Made by a program: the position numbers and the translations under genes. Below are positions 24,678-35,614 of a stretch of 64,000 bases of DNA, piece after piece (position 1 is the first letter of the stretch; every line of letters begins with the position of its first letter). The notes under the pieces are model-generated. The model had not been told where the DNA came from. It saw only the letters and a program-made list of their open reading frames with translations, and did not search any database. The DNA is from an uncultured Methanosarcinaceae archaeon (GTDB lineage: Archaea; Halobacteriota; Methanosarcinia; Methanosarcinales; Methanosarcinaceae): positions 32,001-96,000 of the forward strand of contig CAVSHT010000012.1 in NCBI GenBank assembly GCA_963727895.1, read 5' to 3'.

Positions 24678-24853
24678 CCAGCGTAGCTGTCATCTGAGGC
24701 AAAGTAAATGACACTAAATTCTAATTAGCTCTGTACCTCTTGTTGTTACCACAAAAACAGGATTTTCTGATATCATAGTCTGTGTACTTCATTTTCCATG
24801 AAGATTTTACAGATAAAATTAACCTACTTTGCGGATGGTAACAGCTACGCTGG
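24678..24853. mobile_element. 176-bp MITE / internally deleted IS
   Basis: Imperfect 29-bp terminal inverted repeats CCAGCGTAGCTGT-N8-GCAAAGTA at both ends; no transposase; no clear target duplication. Confidence 0.7.
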
Positions 24854-24925
24854 TACTACTCCTGTTCGGGACTTTTCAGGATAATTCTGCTTATTTGATG
24901 CACTCTAAAGAAAAGAAAATAGGGT

Positions 24926-25117
24926 TTATTCAGCTTTAAGGAAAAATATATTTTTACCTGTCATGCGGTAAACATGGGCTGCAGAGATGAAAATTCCATC
25001 CACGAAAGCGAGGAAAACGAACTCGTAGCAGTTAGTTTTAACTGCTGAATTCATAATTAAAATAATCCCGATAAACCCCATAATATAAAGAAGATACCCA
25101 AGTGTTTCACGTTTCAT
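24926..25117 (-). CDS. Small two-TM membrane protein
   Basis: 63 aa with two hydrophobic segments; GAGGT SD 9 bp after the upstream stop. Confidence 0.65.
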   Translation of the reverse strand: MKRETLGYLLYIMGFIGIILIMNSAVKTNCYEFVFLAFVDGIFISAAHVYRMTGKNIFFLKAE

Positions 25118-25126
25118 AGAACCTCT

Positions 25127-25650
25127 TTAGTAATAAAAGGTTATTTTATGTCCTCCTACGTAGTATGTCCAAAAGTGTGAGAGGCAACCTTTCACTAAAT
25201 CTACATAATATGCCTTGAAATCAAGAGATCCGTTACTGTTTTTATACTTATAATAGTATTCTGTTGGTAAGAATCCTGTAGCAGCTACCACTAAAGTTGC
25301 AGCCAAGCCTAAATCTGGTCGCTTTTTAATTAAGTAGGCAAATATGGCCGTCAACACATAGCTTTGTTGTGATAATATATGATTGCAGTCATTAGAACTT
25401 AAATGTACTGTAATGGCTATTGAGCCAATTGTGTAATAAGATCCGCTTGAAGTTGCTGTGGCTCCCTGTGTTAATGAATTGATAATATACACTTTATTAG
25501 GGTTCTTTGAGTAAGAAACACAATAGTATGGGTTTTTGTCAATCTTTTCTAAGTCAGACTTTGCGTTTACAGCAGTCACACAAGATATGCTCACAATTAG
25601 AATCGCCATAAACAGCGAAGCAATTCTAATCCTTTTTATTTTTTTGCCAT
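25127..25650 (-). CDS. Secreted protein of unknown function (A-run at 25639-25645 one base short)
   Basis: AGGAG SD before ATG 25650; adding one A gives signal peptide MAKKIKRIRIASLFMAILIVSISCVTAVNA in frame with the 160-aa ORF. Confidence 0.7.
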
Positions 25651-26781
25651 TTATATTGCTCCTATGTATTTTACCTAGGAGGCAGAATTAAGTAGGTTTA
25701 AATTTTTTTACAAACTAACATAATATGCCTCCGGGCAGAGATTATGGAGTTCAATTGGACCTGGAAGTACTTTTGAACTCCATAAACAACCTTAGTTTAA
25801 CAATAAATAAATTTAACTGATTATATTTTCAAAATAATAATTTTCGTCTATATCTAAAGTCTATAAAAATTCATATTTTATAATTTATCGACGCTAACCG
25901 AAATCATAATATACGGTGAAATGTGTCGCAAGACATTCATGTATATTATAAAAAAGAAAAATCTAATTCTATTTGAGGATTAGTTAATTTTTCTAGGATA
26001 AGATCTTAAAAGATAAGTATTATTTTAAGATTGTTTCATACATTTAATCATTTATATACTACGTAGGTAAAATCTAGTAACAGATGATCATTTTGAAGCT
26101 CTCTTTTTATTAGTCCAGGAGACAAATTATTAAGATAATGATTAATTTTGAGTTCATTAATTTCAAATAGTCTATCATCCGTTAATATATGTTATCCCAG
26201 ATTTCGTTGCAAAAATCTCAGAATAAGCATGTAAATCTATGGATAATAAACGAAAGTCAAACTATCCAAGGGGAAGGTATTCTACTATGTGTTTCTCTAT
26301 GTTTTTTTGCGTTTAAGTGAGGTTTATCGAAAGAAACAAGCATATTCATATAGACTATGTAACAATCAAGAAAACAAACACATAGGCGATTGTGGAAAAA
26401 TCAGCCTGAAATTGGCAATTTTCATTAAAACAATAATCAGATGATGAAACAGAAATAATATTTTTTGTATTATAATTTTTAGCAAAGTTATGTAAGTTCT
26501 GCATACTTAGAGGTATTTTGTAATTTTTCAGGAATCTGCAACTTTGAATATCCATAGATTTTACCATGAAACCTATGAAAAATAGAAAGCAAATTTACAG
26601 AAGAATCAGTACACTGCCCAACTTCAAGCAACAACATATTGAATATATCAATTTCAATCATCGATCACAGGAAAGATGAACTTGAACGTTTTCCTTGTTG
26701 AATGGCTTTTGAGACTGTCCGAGAGGTTTTCATGAAGAGTAGCCATCTTGAAAATCTTGTATTGATTTAAACCATATTACT

Positions 26782-26894
26782 ATAATTAAGCCCTCTTGAG
26801 CGAAGCGAAAAGGGTATCGTGCTCCCGAAGCGAAACTCGGGTAGCGAAAAGGGCACCGTCCTCCCGAGACGGGATTCGGGTAACGGAACGCGGG
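26782..26894. repeat. GC-rich REP-like repeat, family C
   Basis: ATAATTAAGCCCTCTTGAGCGAAGCGAAAAGGG..CTCCCGA..TCGGG with an internally duplicated unit; second copy at 35615-35688. Confidence 0.85.
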
Positions 26895-26897
26895 AAT

Positions 26898-28079
26898 TTA
26901 AGAGATTAGTGCCTTGAGTCCTTCAACTGCATTTACCAGTGTATCCACTTCTTCTTCTGTATTATATAGTGCAAAAGAAGCTCTTACTGTACTGTCCACT
27001 TTCAGGAAGTGAATAACTGGAATTGCGCAGTGATGTCCGCTTCTAACACAGATTTTTCTTGTTTGATCTAGAATCAGAGCCACATCATGAGAATGAAGTC
27101 CTTTTACATTAAAAGGCACTACTCCTGCTCTATCTTTGGGTCCGTAGACTTCTACGTGTTCGAGTTCAGAAAGCCTTTTTGCAGCTTCTCTGGACAATTT
27201 TATCTCATGCGATTCAATTTCCGAAACCCCGATTTTTTCTACATATTCAACTGCTTTCCCTAACCCTATGACTCCGGGAATATTTGGGGTGCCAGCTTCA
27301 AAACAGGCAGGAGAAGGTTCCAGTACGTAATTATATCCTTCAACGTCCGAAACTGTTCCTCCTCCAACTGAAACACTGTCAAGTACTTCTGGGTCTTTGA
27401 TATAAAGTACTCCAGTGCCCTGTGGCCCAAGAAGTCCTTTATGTCCGGCAGTTGCAAAGAAATCACAGTTCAGGTCTTTAACGCTGACCGGTATATGTCC
27501 TGCAGACTGGGCTCCATCCACCAGGACTTTTATACCGTTTCTATGAGCAAGTTTCGTTATATTTTTTACATCCTGAACAGAGCCGAAAACATTTGAAATC
27601 TGAGTTATGGCAACAAGTTTGGTTTTCTCAGTAAACGCATTCTCTATTGAAGAGATATCAATTCTACCTTCATGGTCTGGACTTACAACTGTGACGTTTA
27701 CTCCTTTTTTTTGAAGGCGCAGCCAGGGTAGGAGATTTGAATGATGTTCAAGCAGAGTTGTAACAATATGGTCTCCAGCTTCCCAGGGATAACTGTTTGC
27801 AATTAGATTTATTCCTTCCGTGGTATTTTTTGTAAAAACAGTCTTTGAAGGTTCTACATTCAGGAAACGTGCAACAGTCTCCCTTGCATCTTCATAGCGG
27901 TTTGTAGCCTCCCTTGCAAGACGATGCGCTCCTCTTCCGTGGTTGCCAGCATACTTATAAAAATACTCAACCATAGCTTCAACTGCTGGTATTGGAGTCT
28001 GAGTCGTTGCCGTGCTGTCAAGGTACACGACTTCTTTTAAAACAGGGAAATCTTCACGAACCGCATATACATCGTACAT
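26898..28079 (-). CDS. Cysteine desulfurase, SufS/group II type
   Basis: YLDSTATTQ, EHHSN, DGAQS, PLP lysine in TAGHKGLLGP, RSGHHCA. Confidence 0.92.
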   Translation of the reverse strand: MYDVYAVREDFPVLKEVVYLDSTATTQTPIPAVEAMVEYFYKYAGNHGRGAHRLAREATNRYEDARETVARFLNVEPSKTVFTKNTTEGINLIANSYPWEAGDHIVTTLLEHHSNLLPWLRLQKKGVNVTVVSPDHEGRIDISSIENAFTEKTKLVAITQISNVFGSVQDVKNITKLAHRNGIKVLVDGAQSAGHIPVSVKDLNCDFFATAGHKGLLGPQGTGVLYIKDPEVLDSVSVGGGTVSDVEGYNYVLEPSPACFEAGTPNIPGVIGLGKAVEYVEKIGVSEIESHEIKLSREAAKRLSELEHVEVYGPKDRAGVVPFNVKGLHSHDVALILDQTRKICVRSGHHCAIPVIHFLKVDSTVRASFALYNTEEEVDTLVNAVEGLKALIS

Positions 28080-28121
28080 GCCTATTTTTTAGTAACGATA
28101 AATAAAAAAAGGTTTTGCAGG

Positions 28122-28277
28122 TTATTTACCCTGCACACCGCCTATCATAAAGCGGTAAAGGTCTAATTCGTCTGAGTCCAGGCTGTCAGTGAAACCTTTC
28201 ACAACGGAATGGTAACTGCTTTCCTGGTGTATTTGTTGTTCTTTTCTTTTTCTGTATTCATTCTTTAGTTCGCTCAT
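28122..28277 (-). CDS. Small hypothetical protein, 51 aa
   Basis: MSELKNEYRKRKEQQIHQESSYHSVVKGFTDSLDSDELDLYRFMIGGVQGK; purine-rich SD-like sequence; below the ORF-track cut-off. Confidence 0.45.
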   Translation of the reverse strand: MSELKNEYRKRKEQQIHQESSYHSVVKGFTDSLDSDELDLYRFMIGGVQGK

Positions 28278-29266
28278 AATTTTCTTCCTGTCTCTTCAAT
28301 GTTTGCGCTTGCATGTGGGTCAACAGTCCTTCTGGATACTAGAGGCCCTGTAATCTGGGTTAAAGTTCCCAGTCTTTTTAGATGCAGCATGTTGATTACA
28401 GGTTTAAAATCACGGTCCTTCAAAGGCATCTCTATCAAGTTGTTCTCTAAATCCTGAGGACAAATTCCTGCATTACGGTTAGAGCTTTCTATTCTCTAGA
28501 TCAATACCTGAACGCAGACCCGAATTTTATTTCCCTTGGGCTAAAAAAACCCCGCAACAGCGCAACAAGCGTTGTTCTTACCCACAATATAATATTAATT
28601 GTCAATTGTAATATATATTGTTTCCGGATTTCTTTTATATTAACTTCAAATTTTTTCAATTGAGCCAAATTTTTGAGCTAATATTTTATACCATTCCCGA
28701 ACGATAATTGTTATAATACTTATTTTGAAAGTCTCATTCCTGTTGTTTTATTCATCAATTGGCTCTCCTCTTCCTACGTTTTATTTTTTCACTCAATGGG
28801 TATACGGAATCCTATTCCCATTATATGTTATAAATAACCTTTGCTTGTCTGTAGCATATTAAATAAAGATTCAAAATAACATAAAAATTCATTTGTATTC
28901 GGTTAAGGAATCTGTTAACGTTATAATGACTACTGCAATAATCTATGCATCTGGATTTACATTTATAGGTTTACAGAAATGGCAACAAAGATAACACATT
29001 TTCTATAAATCGTATCTTAACCGAATACAAATGCATAAAAATTAGATGTTTTGATTCTAAAAATGGGCTCTATAGAAAATCTCTGAAATAATAGACTCTA
29101 TTAAAGTGAAACAAATAATCTAATAGCTTTTTATTCTTTTTTTTCAGCGCATGAAATGATTTAGATAATTCTCTCCAAAGCCAAAAAATGCTATAAAAAT
29201 TCCCTTTAAGCTTGTTTTCTACAAACTCAGTTATTATTCAAAATCTTTATATCTCAACCAAAAAGT

Positions 29267-29803
29267 TTACTTTTTATTTTCAAGGTTATTCATGAGCCCT
29301 GCAAGATGAGCTGGAATTGCTCCGATTGCAGTACAGGTTTCAAGAGAAAGTCCTTTGCAGGTAATGTCAAGATGATACCTTCCTCTCTCGAAAAGCTCTT
29401 TTGGAAGCCCTTTATGCCCGAGCCCGACAAGAAATAGAAATGAGTGATTTCGAAGGGCTTCCTCTGCAATCTTTACAGGTATAACCTGTCTTTTTGGATC
29501 AGGTTTTGAGGTCGTGATAACGACTTTCCCAAACTGAGAAGGAAACCCTTTCTTTGGAAGATCGGATACTGATAGGTTATTTTTTTCATAAAGGATTTTG
29601 AGATAACTTCCAGATTCCCCTATTGTGGTTTTTTCCATCACATAAGCCACCAGTTCTTCTGCAGTCATCTTAAAAGGAAAATCATAAAGAGCAAGATGGA
29701 ATCCAAAAGCATGGCAGATAGGTGCAGCTCTTGCAATTGCTCGATAATGAGCATCAAGGATTTTGATCTTATCATAAGTGTTTACTATTCCAAGAGTGAG
29801 CAT
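29267..29803 (-). CDS. DUF531 family (SPOUT-like) protein
   Basis: MLTLGIVNTYD, AHYRAIARAAPICHAF, GLGHKGLP, SLETCTAIG. Confidence 0.8.
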   Translation of the reverse strand: MLTLGIVNTYDKIKILDAHYRAIARAAPICHAFGFHLALYDFPFKMTAEELVAYVMEKTTIGESGSYLKILYEKNNLSVSDLPKKGFPSQFGKVVITTSKPDPKRQVIPVKIAEEALRNHSFLFLVGLGHKGLPKELFERGRYHLDITCKGLSLETCTAIGAIPAHLAGLMNNLENKK

Positions 29804-30722
29804 AAGGTGTTTCATTATTCTTTTTCATAAAATAATGTTTTGTCGATTTCTAGTGACTTACTTAAGTTTCTTTTTTGATTTTTATAATTCTTTAACAATC
29901 AATTCCCATATCACACTTATAATGGCGCAGTTAAACTCGATAAAAAGTAATAAAATCGCTATTTCGGATTTGATATTCTGCTATTTAATTAATAATAAAC
30001 AAAAAACAGAAGGTAACTATTCAGCCTGGGTAATAACACATCAATAACTGTCTTTATTAAAATTCAACAAACAAAATTTCTGTAACTTTATTTTCTTTGA
30101 TTACTGGTGAATAGTTATGTTTTTTCATTATCCCTCAGTATTTATTGGATTCCTTTTTATTAGAATCATTATCATTAGACCTGTTTTTATTGGATGAATA
30201 GTTACAACAGAAGGTTTGCCAGATTAAACCTAATACATTTAAATAATTTTATTATAGTTTTGTGTTTTATATCAGGCTTCTTGTAAAAAATGTTTATAAA
30301 GCCCACAGTAGTCTTTATCTAATGTCTCTGTGCATGTGTAAGAATTGTCTTTATACCCAATACATCTCGATCTGTATTCACATTTATCATGAAACAGATT
30401 TATTTTCCCAACAGTTGTGTTAAAAAATCCCATATATTACTTAATGCAATTAACATATTTAAATTAATAAAACCGTATCAGTCTACAGAATTTGATATCA
30501 AACATTTTCACTTTTTTTAGATAGTTATTTTATGAATCCATCCTAAAACATGTTTATTTTGAATCACCATAAATTTTCAGGCTCTTTTTTTCATGATCAT
30601 ATATTCTATTAACTGTTATGAGATCCAAAAATTAAAATGATGAGGTTCGGTATAAGTTCATACCGAAGTTACCCAATTTTTTATACTTAAGTTTTGTACT
30701 TATTTTCCAATTAAGGTATTCA

Positions 30723-32108
30723 TTACTGTTTAGAGACTTTAATGTATCCAGACACTGTTTTAGTGTTACTTCCCGCAGCGTTCTTTACTGTTAAACTGAC
30801 AGTGTATTTTCCTGCTTTACTGTATGTGTGTGAAGGACTCTTAGATGTTGAATATGCTCCATCTCCAAAACTCCATTTCCATAAAGTTGGTGATCCTGTA
30901 CTTTTGTCAGTAAATTTCACTTTGAGAGGGGCTTTTCCTGAGGTTGGAGATGCCGAAAATGCAGCAACTGGAGAATAAACCAGGGTACCCATGTAAATAT
31001 CCGAGTTTCCATTGCGCATATCTGTCCACACTATCCTGTCACCGTAGATATCTGGATAGTACTGATTTGATTTATCGGTAGTGTGACTTTCTTGACCAGT
31101 AGCAAGATCATACACATAGATATCCAAGTTTCCATTGCGATCATCATCCCACACGATCCTATTTCCATAGATTGCAGGATAATATGAATCTGATGGATTG
31201 GTAGTTATCCTCTTTTCCTTTTTAGTGGAAAGATCATACATGTAAATATCCGAGTTTCCATTGCGATCATCCTGCCACACTATCCTGTTACCGTAGATTG
31301 CAGGAGACTGCTGATTGGAGTCATTGGTGGTTATCCTCTGTTCCTTTTTAGTGGAAAGATCGTACATGTAGATACCTCCATTTCCATTGCGCCAGTCTTC
31401 CCACACAATATAGTTACCATAAATATCAGGAGAATAATGATCATCTGATCCGTCGGTGGTGATCTGAGTTTCCTTTTTAGTGGAAAGGTTGTACTCATAA
31501 ATATTGTACACATCGGAGTCTGGACCGTAGGGAGAACCTGTCCAGACAATCTTGTCACCGTAAATTGCAGGAGTGTATGCTGATCCCGTTGTAGTTATCT
31601 GAGTTTGTTTTTTAGTGGAGAGATCTTGCAGATAAATATCACTACCTACATTGCGCTCATCTGCCCACACTACTCTGTTATTGTAGATATCTGGAGAATA
31701 CTGAGCTGATTTGTTGGTAGTAGAAATTTCCTTTTTAGTAGAGAGGTCATATATGTAGACATCCCAGTTTCCATTACGGAGGTCTGACCACGCAATCTTG
31801 TTATTAGAAATAACAGGGCTCCACTGATCAGCTGAATTGATTGTAATTCGGGTTTCAGTGATCTTGAGAGCGGCAGGTTGTATAGATTCTGAACCAACAT
31901 TTACTCCAGTATCGGGCAGAACCTGGTCATCTGATGGATCACCTGCTCCAGTGGTGATCCCCGGTGGGGTGGTGGTGATGTTATCATGTGTTGGTATGTA
32001 TGGAAGTAGTGGTATGAGTGCTGATGCCGTAGATGATACAAAAATCAAAAATAAAATCATAATCGTTGAAGCTAAAGCTATTGAATACGCTTTCTCTCTC
32101 TTTTTCAT
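30723..32108 (-). CDS. Cell-surface protein with Methanosarcina-type beta-propeller repeats and a PKD domain
   Basis: Signal peptide; about seven P(A/D)IYGNRIVWxDxRNGNxDIY repeats; C-terminal PLKVKFTD..WSFGDG..YTVSLTV. Confidence 0.92.
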   Translation of the reverse strand: MKKREKAYSIALASTIMILFLIFVSSTASALIPLLPYIPTHDNITTTPPGITTGAGDPSDDQVLPDTGVNVGSESIQPAALKITETRITINSADQWSPVISNNKIAWSDLRNGNWDVYIYDLSTKKEISTTNKSAQYSPDIYNNRVVWADERNVGSDIYLQDLSTKKQTQITTTGSAYTPAIYGDKIVWTGSPYGPDSDVYNIYEYNLSTKKETQITTDGSDDHYSPDIYGNYIVWEDWRNGNGGIYMYDLSTKKEQRITTNDSNQQSPAIYGNRIVWQDDRNGNSDIYMYDLSTKKEKRITTNPSDSYYPAIYGNRIVWDDDRNGNLDIYVYDLATGQESHTTDKSNQYYPDIYGDRIVWTDMRNGNSDIYMGTLVYSPVAAFSASPTSGKAPLKVKFTDKSTGSPTLWKWSFGDGAYSTSKSPSHTYSKAGKYTVSLTVKNAAGSNTKTVSGYIKVSKQ

Positions 32109-32495
32109 ATTTCCTTCCTCTTTTCTATTTATTTTAGTGTTTATTATTTTCTTGAATTGTAGAAATCGAGCATTGATTTCGTTCGAAACTGGCTACCATC
32201 ACGAGAAAATATGAAAAACATTCAATATTTTATTCAGTAAAACCCCAACTATTTGCAATGGTTGCCAATTAGTATTAAAAGGTCCTTATATACAATACTT
32301 TTGAATTTTTTATATCCCCCTTAACTCGTCAAAAATTGACATTCATTTTGCTAGCATTTGACTTAGTCAATCGAAAACCCATAACATGAAGAGCTTCCTT
32401 ATTTTTTTGGACTTTTTTCAAATCATGGGATGCAAGATTTTTGATCTGGAAAACGGGATATTATAAAGTGAAAGAGTGAGAATTAAGTAAAAAGT

Positions 32496-32939
32496 TTAGC
32501 GATTGTAAGAATATTTCATTGCTTGTTGTGTACACTTTTCAAAATGCTCACAATTTTCGCAATCTTCCCAGAGAGATGACTTATCGGAGTTCTCTATTTT
32601 TTTAAAATTTAGTTTTTCAAAAAAGTAAGGGGCAGTTGTCCTAACATACAAGTCGCAACATGGATCCATAATCTTAGTCAAAAGATACTTTATGAGCAGT
32701 GTCCCTATCTTTTTTCCCTTGAAATTAGGATGCACGGCAATAGAATGAATTTCATAAAATTCTTTGCCCTTAAACTCGGATTTTATAAGGGAAGCGCATC
32801 CTCTAATTTGTTCATCGATTTCAGCCAGCACGAAATCTTCCGGCCCAAGTCCTTCAATATCAAGAAAGTAAGTGGATAGAAGTTTCTGAATATCCAGAAG
32901 GTCGGATTTTTTTGCTTCTCGGATAAGGATTTTTATCAT
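32496..32939 (-). CDS. GNAT N-acetyltransferase
   Basis: SIAVHPNFKGKKIGT acetyl-CoA motif; FFEKLNF; WEDCENC (ArgA-like). Confidence 0.85.
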   Translation of the reverse strand: MIKILIREAKKSDLLDIQKLLSTYFLDIEGLGPEDFVLAEIDEQIRGCASLIKSEFKGKEFYEIHSIAVHPNFKGKKIGTLLIKYLLTKIMDPCCDLYVRTTAPYFFEKLNFKKIENSDKSSLWEDCENCEHFEKCTQQAMKYSYNR

Positions 32940-32948
32940 AGTTTTTCC

Positions 32949-33794
32949 TTATTTCTCTAAATTCTTTTCTGGTAATCTTATTTTTTTCAATGTATAAGGT
33001 TCATCCATGCTCCCACTCCGAAAACCTTCTAGATCAAGGGTTACGTACTCAAAGCCCAGGGATTTCAAGTGCCACGAAATTTTATCTCTTTCCCGCAAAG
33101 CTTCCCCCATTTCTTCTTGGATTACTTCTATTCGGGCTAAATTTTCATGTATCCTTACCCTGAACTGAGTAAAACCCATGGAAAAGAGAAACTCTTCAGC
33201 CTTTTCAATTCTCTGAAGAGCTTCTAACGTTATTGGTTTCCCGTAGGGAATACGAGTAGCAAGGCAGGCTGCAGACGGTCTGTTGGCTGCTGAAAGCAAA
33301 AGTTCAGAAGCAGTTTCCCGAATTTCTTCTTTTGTCATATCATATTCCACGAAAGGAGAAATGACCTTTTCTCCTGCTTCCTTTACTGCCCTATACCCTG
33401 GACGATTTTCTCCCTGTATTTCAGAGGAATTTGTACCCTCAAGTACTACATTATATCCCTCTTTTTCTGCAAAATCCAATAGGGTTTCAAGCAGGGCTTT
33501 TTTACAGAAATAACACCTGTTTACTGTATTTGAGGAAAAATAAGGAAGATTTAGCTGGGAAAAAGAGAGTATTTTGTGTGGAATTCCTATTTCACAGGCT
33601 GTTTGGACAGCTGTTTCCAGTTGCTTTCTTGGAAATAGTGGAGAATCTATAGTTACGGCAAGAGCTTTTTTGCCCAGTACCTCAAAAGCAAGAGCTGTAA
33701 GGGTTGCACTATCCACTCCTCCTGAAAATGCAATAACTGCACTTTTTCGGGCTTTTATAGCTTCCTTTATCAACTTTATCTTTTCAACGGCCAT
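32949..33794 (-). CDS. larE: ATP-dependent sacrificial sulfur transferase, LarE family
   Basis: PP-loop AFSGGVDS, RCYFCK, RPG, ACLATRIPYG, GFRSGSM. Confidence 0.88.
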   Translation of the reverse strand: MAVEKIKLIKEAIKARKSAVIAFSGGVDSATLTALAFEVLGKKALAVTIDSPLFPRKQLETAVQTACEIGIPHKILSFSQLNLPYFSSNTVNRCYFCKKALLETLLDFAEKEGYNVVLEGTNSSEIQGENRPGYRAVKEAGEKVISPFVEYDMTKEEIRETASELLLSAANRPSAACLATRIPYGKPITLEALQRIEKAEEFLFSMGFTQFRVRIHENLARIEVIQEEMGEALRERDKISWHLKSLGFEYVTLDLEGFRSGSMDEPYTLKKIRLPEKNLEK

Positions 33795-34068
33795 TAATAA
33801 CGGATTTTTAGCTAATAAGATATATGTATTTGCTAACCCTATAGTCAGCTACTTAAGATAGTTGAAAACAGATTAATTTGTTTGCTTAATGAATGTTGTT
33901 TCTGAGCTTGATCCATTCTCAGAATTACATCAGTTCGAAATCATTTTTATATTTTTACTTCCTGAATTCTGATTGTCAGAGTTTTATTTATCATAATAAA
34001 TCTAAACAGAGAGCAAATTTACCCTTATGGCAGAACTCTCAATCAAATCATAAAGATGGAGACCTTAT

Positions 34069-35424
34069 ATGGCATTATTCGGAACTAATGGTGTACGTGG
34101 AATCGCCAATGAATATATAACTCCAGAACTGGCAGTCAATTTAGCCAGAAGCCTTGGTACATATATGGGATCGAAAGGCACAGTTGCTATAGGCTGTGAT
34201 ACCCGAATTTCAGGCCAGATGCTGAAATCTGCCGCAATTGCCGGAGCTCTTTCAACAGGCTTGAACGTAATTGATGTGGGAACGCTTCCGACTCCTTCTA
34301 TTCAATATTATGTGCGAGACTATGCAGATGCGGGAATTGTTATTACTGCATCTCACAATCCAAGACAATATAACGGAATTAAACTAATTGCTGGAGATGG
34401 TACGGAGTTTCCCAGAGATGGAGAAAGAGAAATCGAAAAAATTTATTCTTCTGGAAAATATTCCATTGTGTCTTGGGAAAAGACCGGCAGTTTCGGGATC
34501 GATCCAGGGGTCAATGATTACTATATCAAAAACATTATTAAGGCTGTAGATGCCGAAAAGATTCGCAGTCGCAAACTCAAAATAGTTGTTGATACAGGGT
34601 GTGGAGCAGGTTCGCTCACTCTTCCTTTCCTGCTAAGCGAACTTGGTTGTAATGTGTTGACTCTTGGAGCTCAACCCGATGGGACTTTTCCCTGGAGAAA
34701 TCCCGAGCCTACTCCTGATGCTTTACCCGAGCTTTCCAAGCTTGTAAAGTTTACTGGAGCCGATCTTGGAGCAGCGCACGATGGGGATGCGGACAGAATT
34801 GTCTTCATGGATGAAAATGGTGAATTTGTAAATGAAGAAGTCTTGCTTTCCATGATGGCAAAATATATGCTTGAACGTGAAAAAGGGCCCATTGTAACTC
34901 CTGTTAGTTCTTCACAGCGTATGGTCGATGTTGCAAAGGAGGCAGGTGTTGAACTTTATTGGACCGCAGTAGGCTCCATCAACGTTGCCCGAAAAATGAT
35001 GGACGTAAATGCGGTCTTTGGAGGAGAAGGAAACGGAGGTCTCATTTTCCCGAAACATCAGTATTGCAGGGATGGAGCAATGGCCTGTGCCAAGATCCTT
35101 GAAATTCTGGCTGGCGGGAAAAAGCTTTCCGAGCTTGCCATGAGTGTACCGCAATATTTTAACGCAAAAACCAAAACTCCATCTAAAAATACGCAGGCCA
35201 CTATGGAAATGGTGAAACAAGAAGCTTCAGGGCTTGGATACAAACTGGATACTACTGACGGAGTTAAAATCTGGTATGAAGATGGCTGGGTGCTCATCCG
35301 TCCTTCAGGAACAGAACCAATTTTCCGAATTTTTGCCGAAGCAAAAAAGCAAGAAAGAGCCGAAGAACTTATGCAAAAAGGCCTGCAAATGGTCATAAAG
35401 GCAGAAGCTTCGGTTTCCAAGTGA
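34069..35424 (+). CDS. glmM: Phosphoglucosamine mutase / PMM-PGM family
   Basis: LFGTNGVRG, TASHNP, DGDADR, GGEGNG, RPSGTEP. Confidence 0.88.
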   Translation: MALFGTNGVRGIANEYITPELAVNLARSLGTYMGSKGTVAIGCDTRISGQMLKSAAIAGALSTGLNVIDVGTLPTPSIQYYVRDYADAGIVITASHNPRQYNGIKLIAGDGTEFPRDGEREIEKIYSSGKYSIVSWEKTGSFGIDPGVNDYYIKNIIKAVDAEKIRSRKLKIVVDTGCGAGSLTLPFLLSELGCNVLTLGAQPDGTFPWRNPEPTPDALPELSKLVKFTGADLGAAHDGDADRIVFMDENGEFVNEEVLLSMMAKYMLEREKGPIVTPVSSSQRMVDVAKEAGVELYWTAVGSINVARKMMDVNAVFGGEGNGGLIFPKHQYCRDGAMACAKILEILAGGKKLSELAMSVPQYFNAKTKTPSKNTQATMEMVKQEASGLGYKLDTTDGVKIWYEDGWVLIRPSGTEPIFRIFAEAKKQERAEELMQKGLQMVIKAEASVSK

Positions 35425-35614
35425 ATTATTAATATTCTTGTAAACTGATCTTTAAACTTAGATTAGAACAAGCTATTCTAAACACTCTTCAGTAACAACG
35501 GAAAACAGCAATATCAAAAAGCTGTCCATCTTTTCTTTTTTATATTTTTGCATCTTTGCAACGGAACCACAAAATTTACTTCCTTCCGCAAACAGAAAAA
35601 CGAATTTTCTGGTC

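Noticed and set aside
30960..31850. Regularly spaced DNA repeats resembling a CRISPR array
   Set aside because: They are in-frame beta-propeller coding repeats (TTTCCATTGCG encodes RNGN). No array or cas genes were seen in the window.
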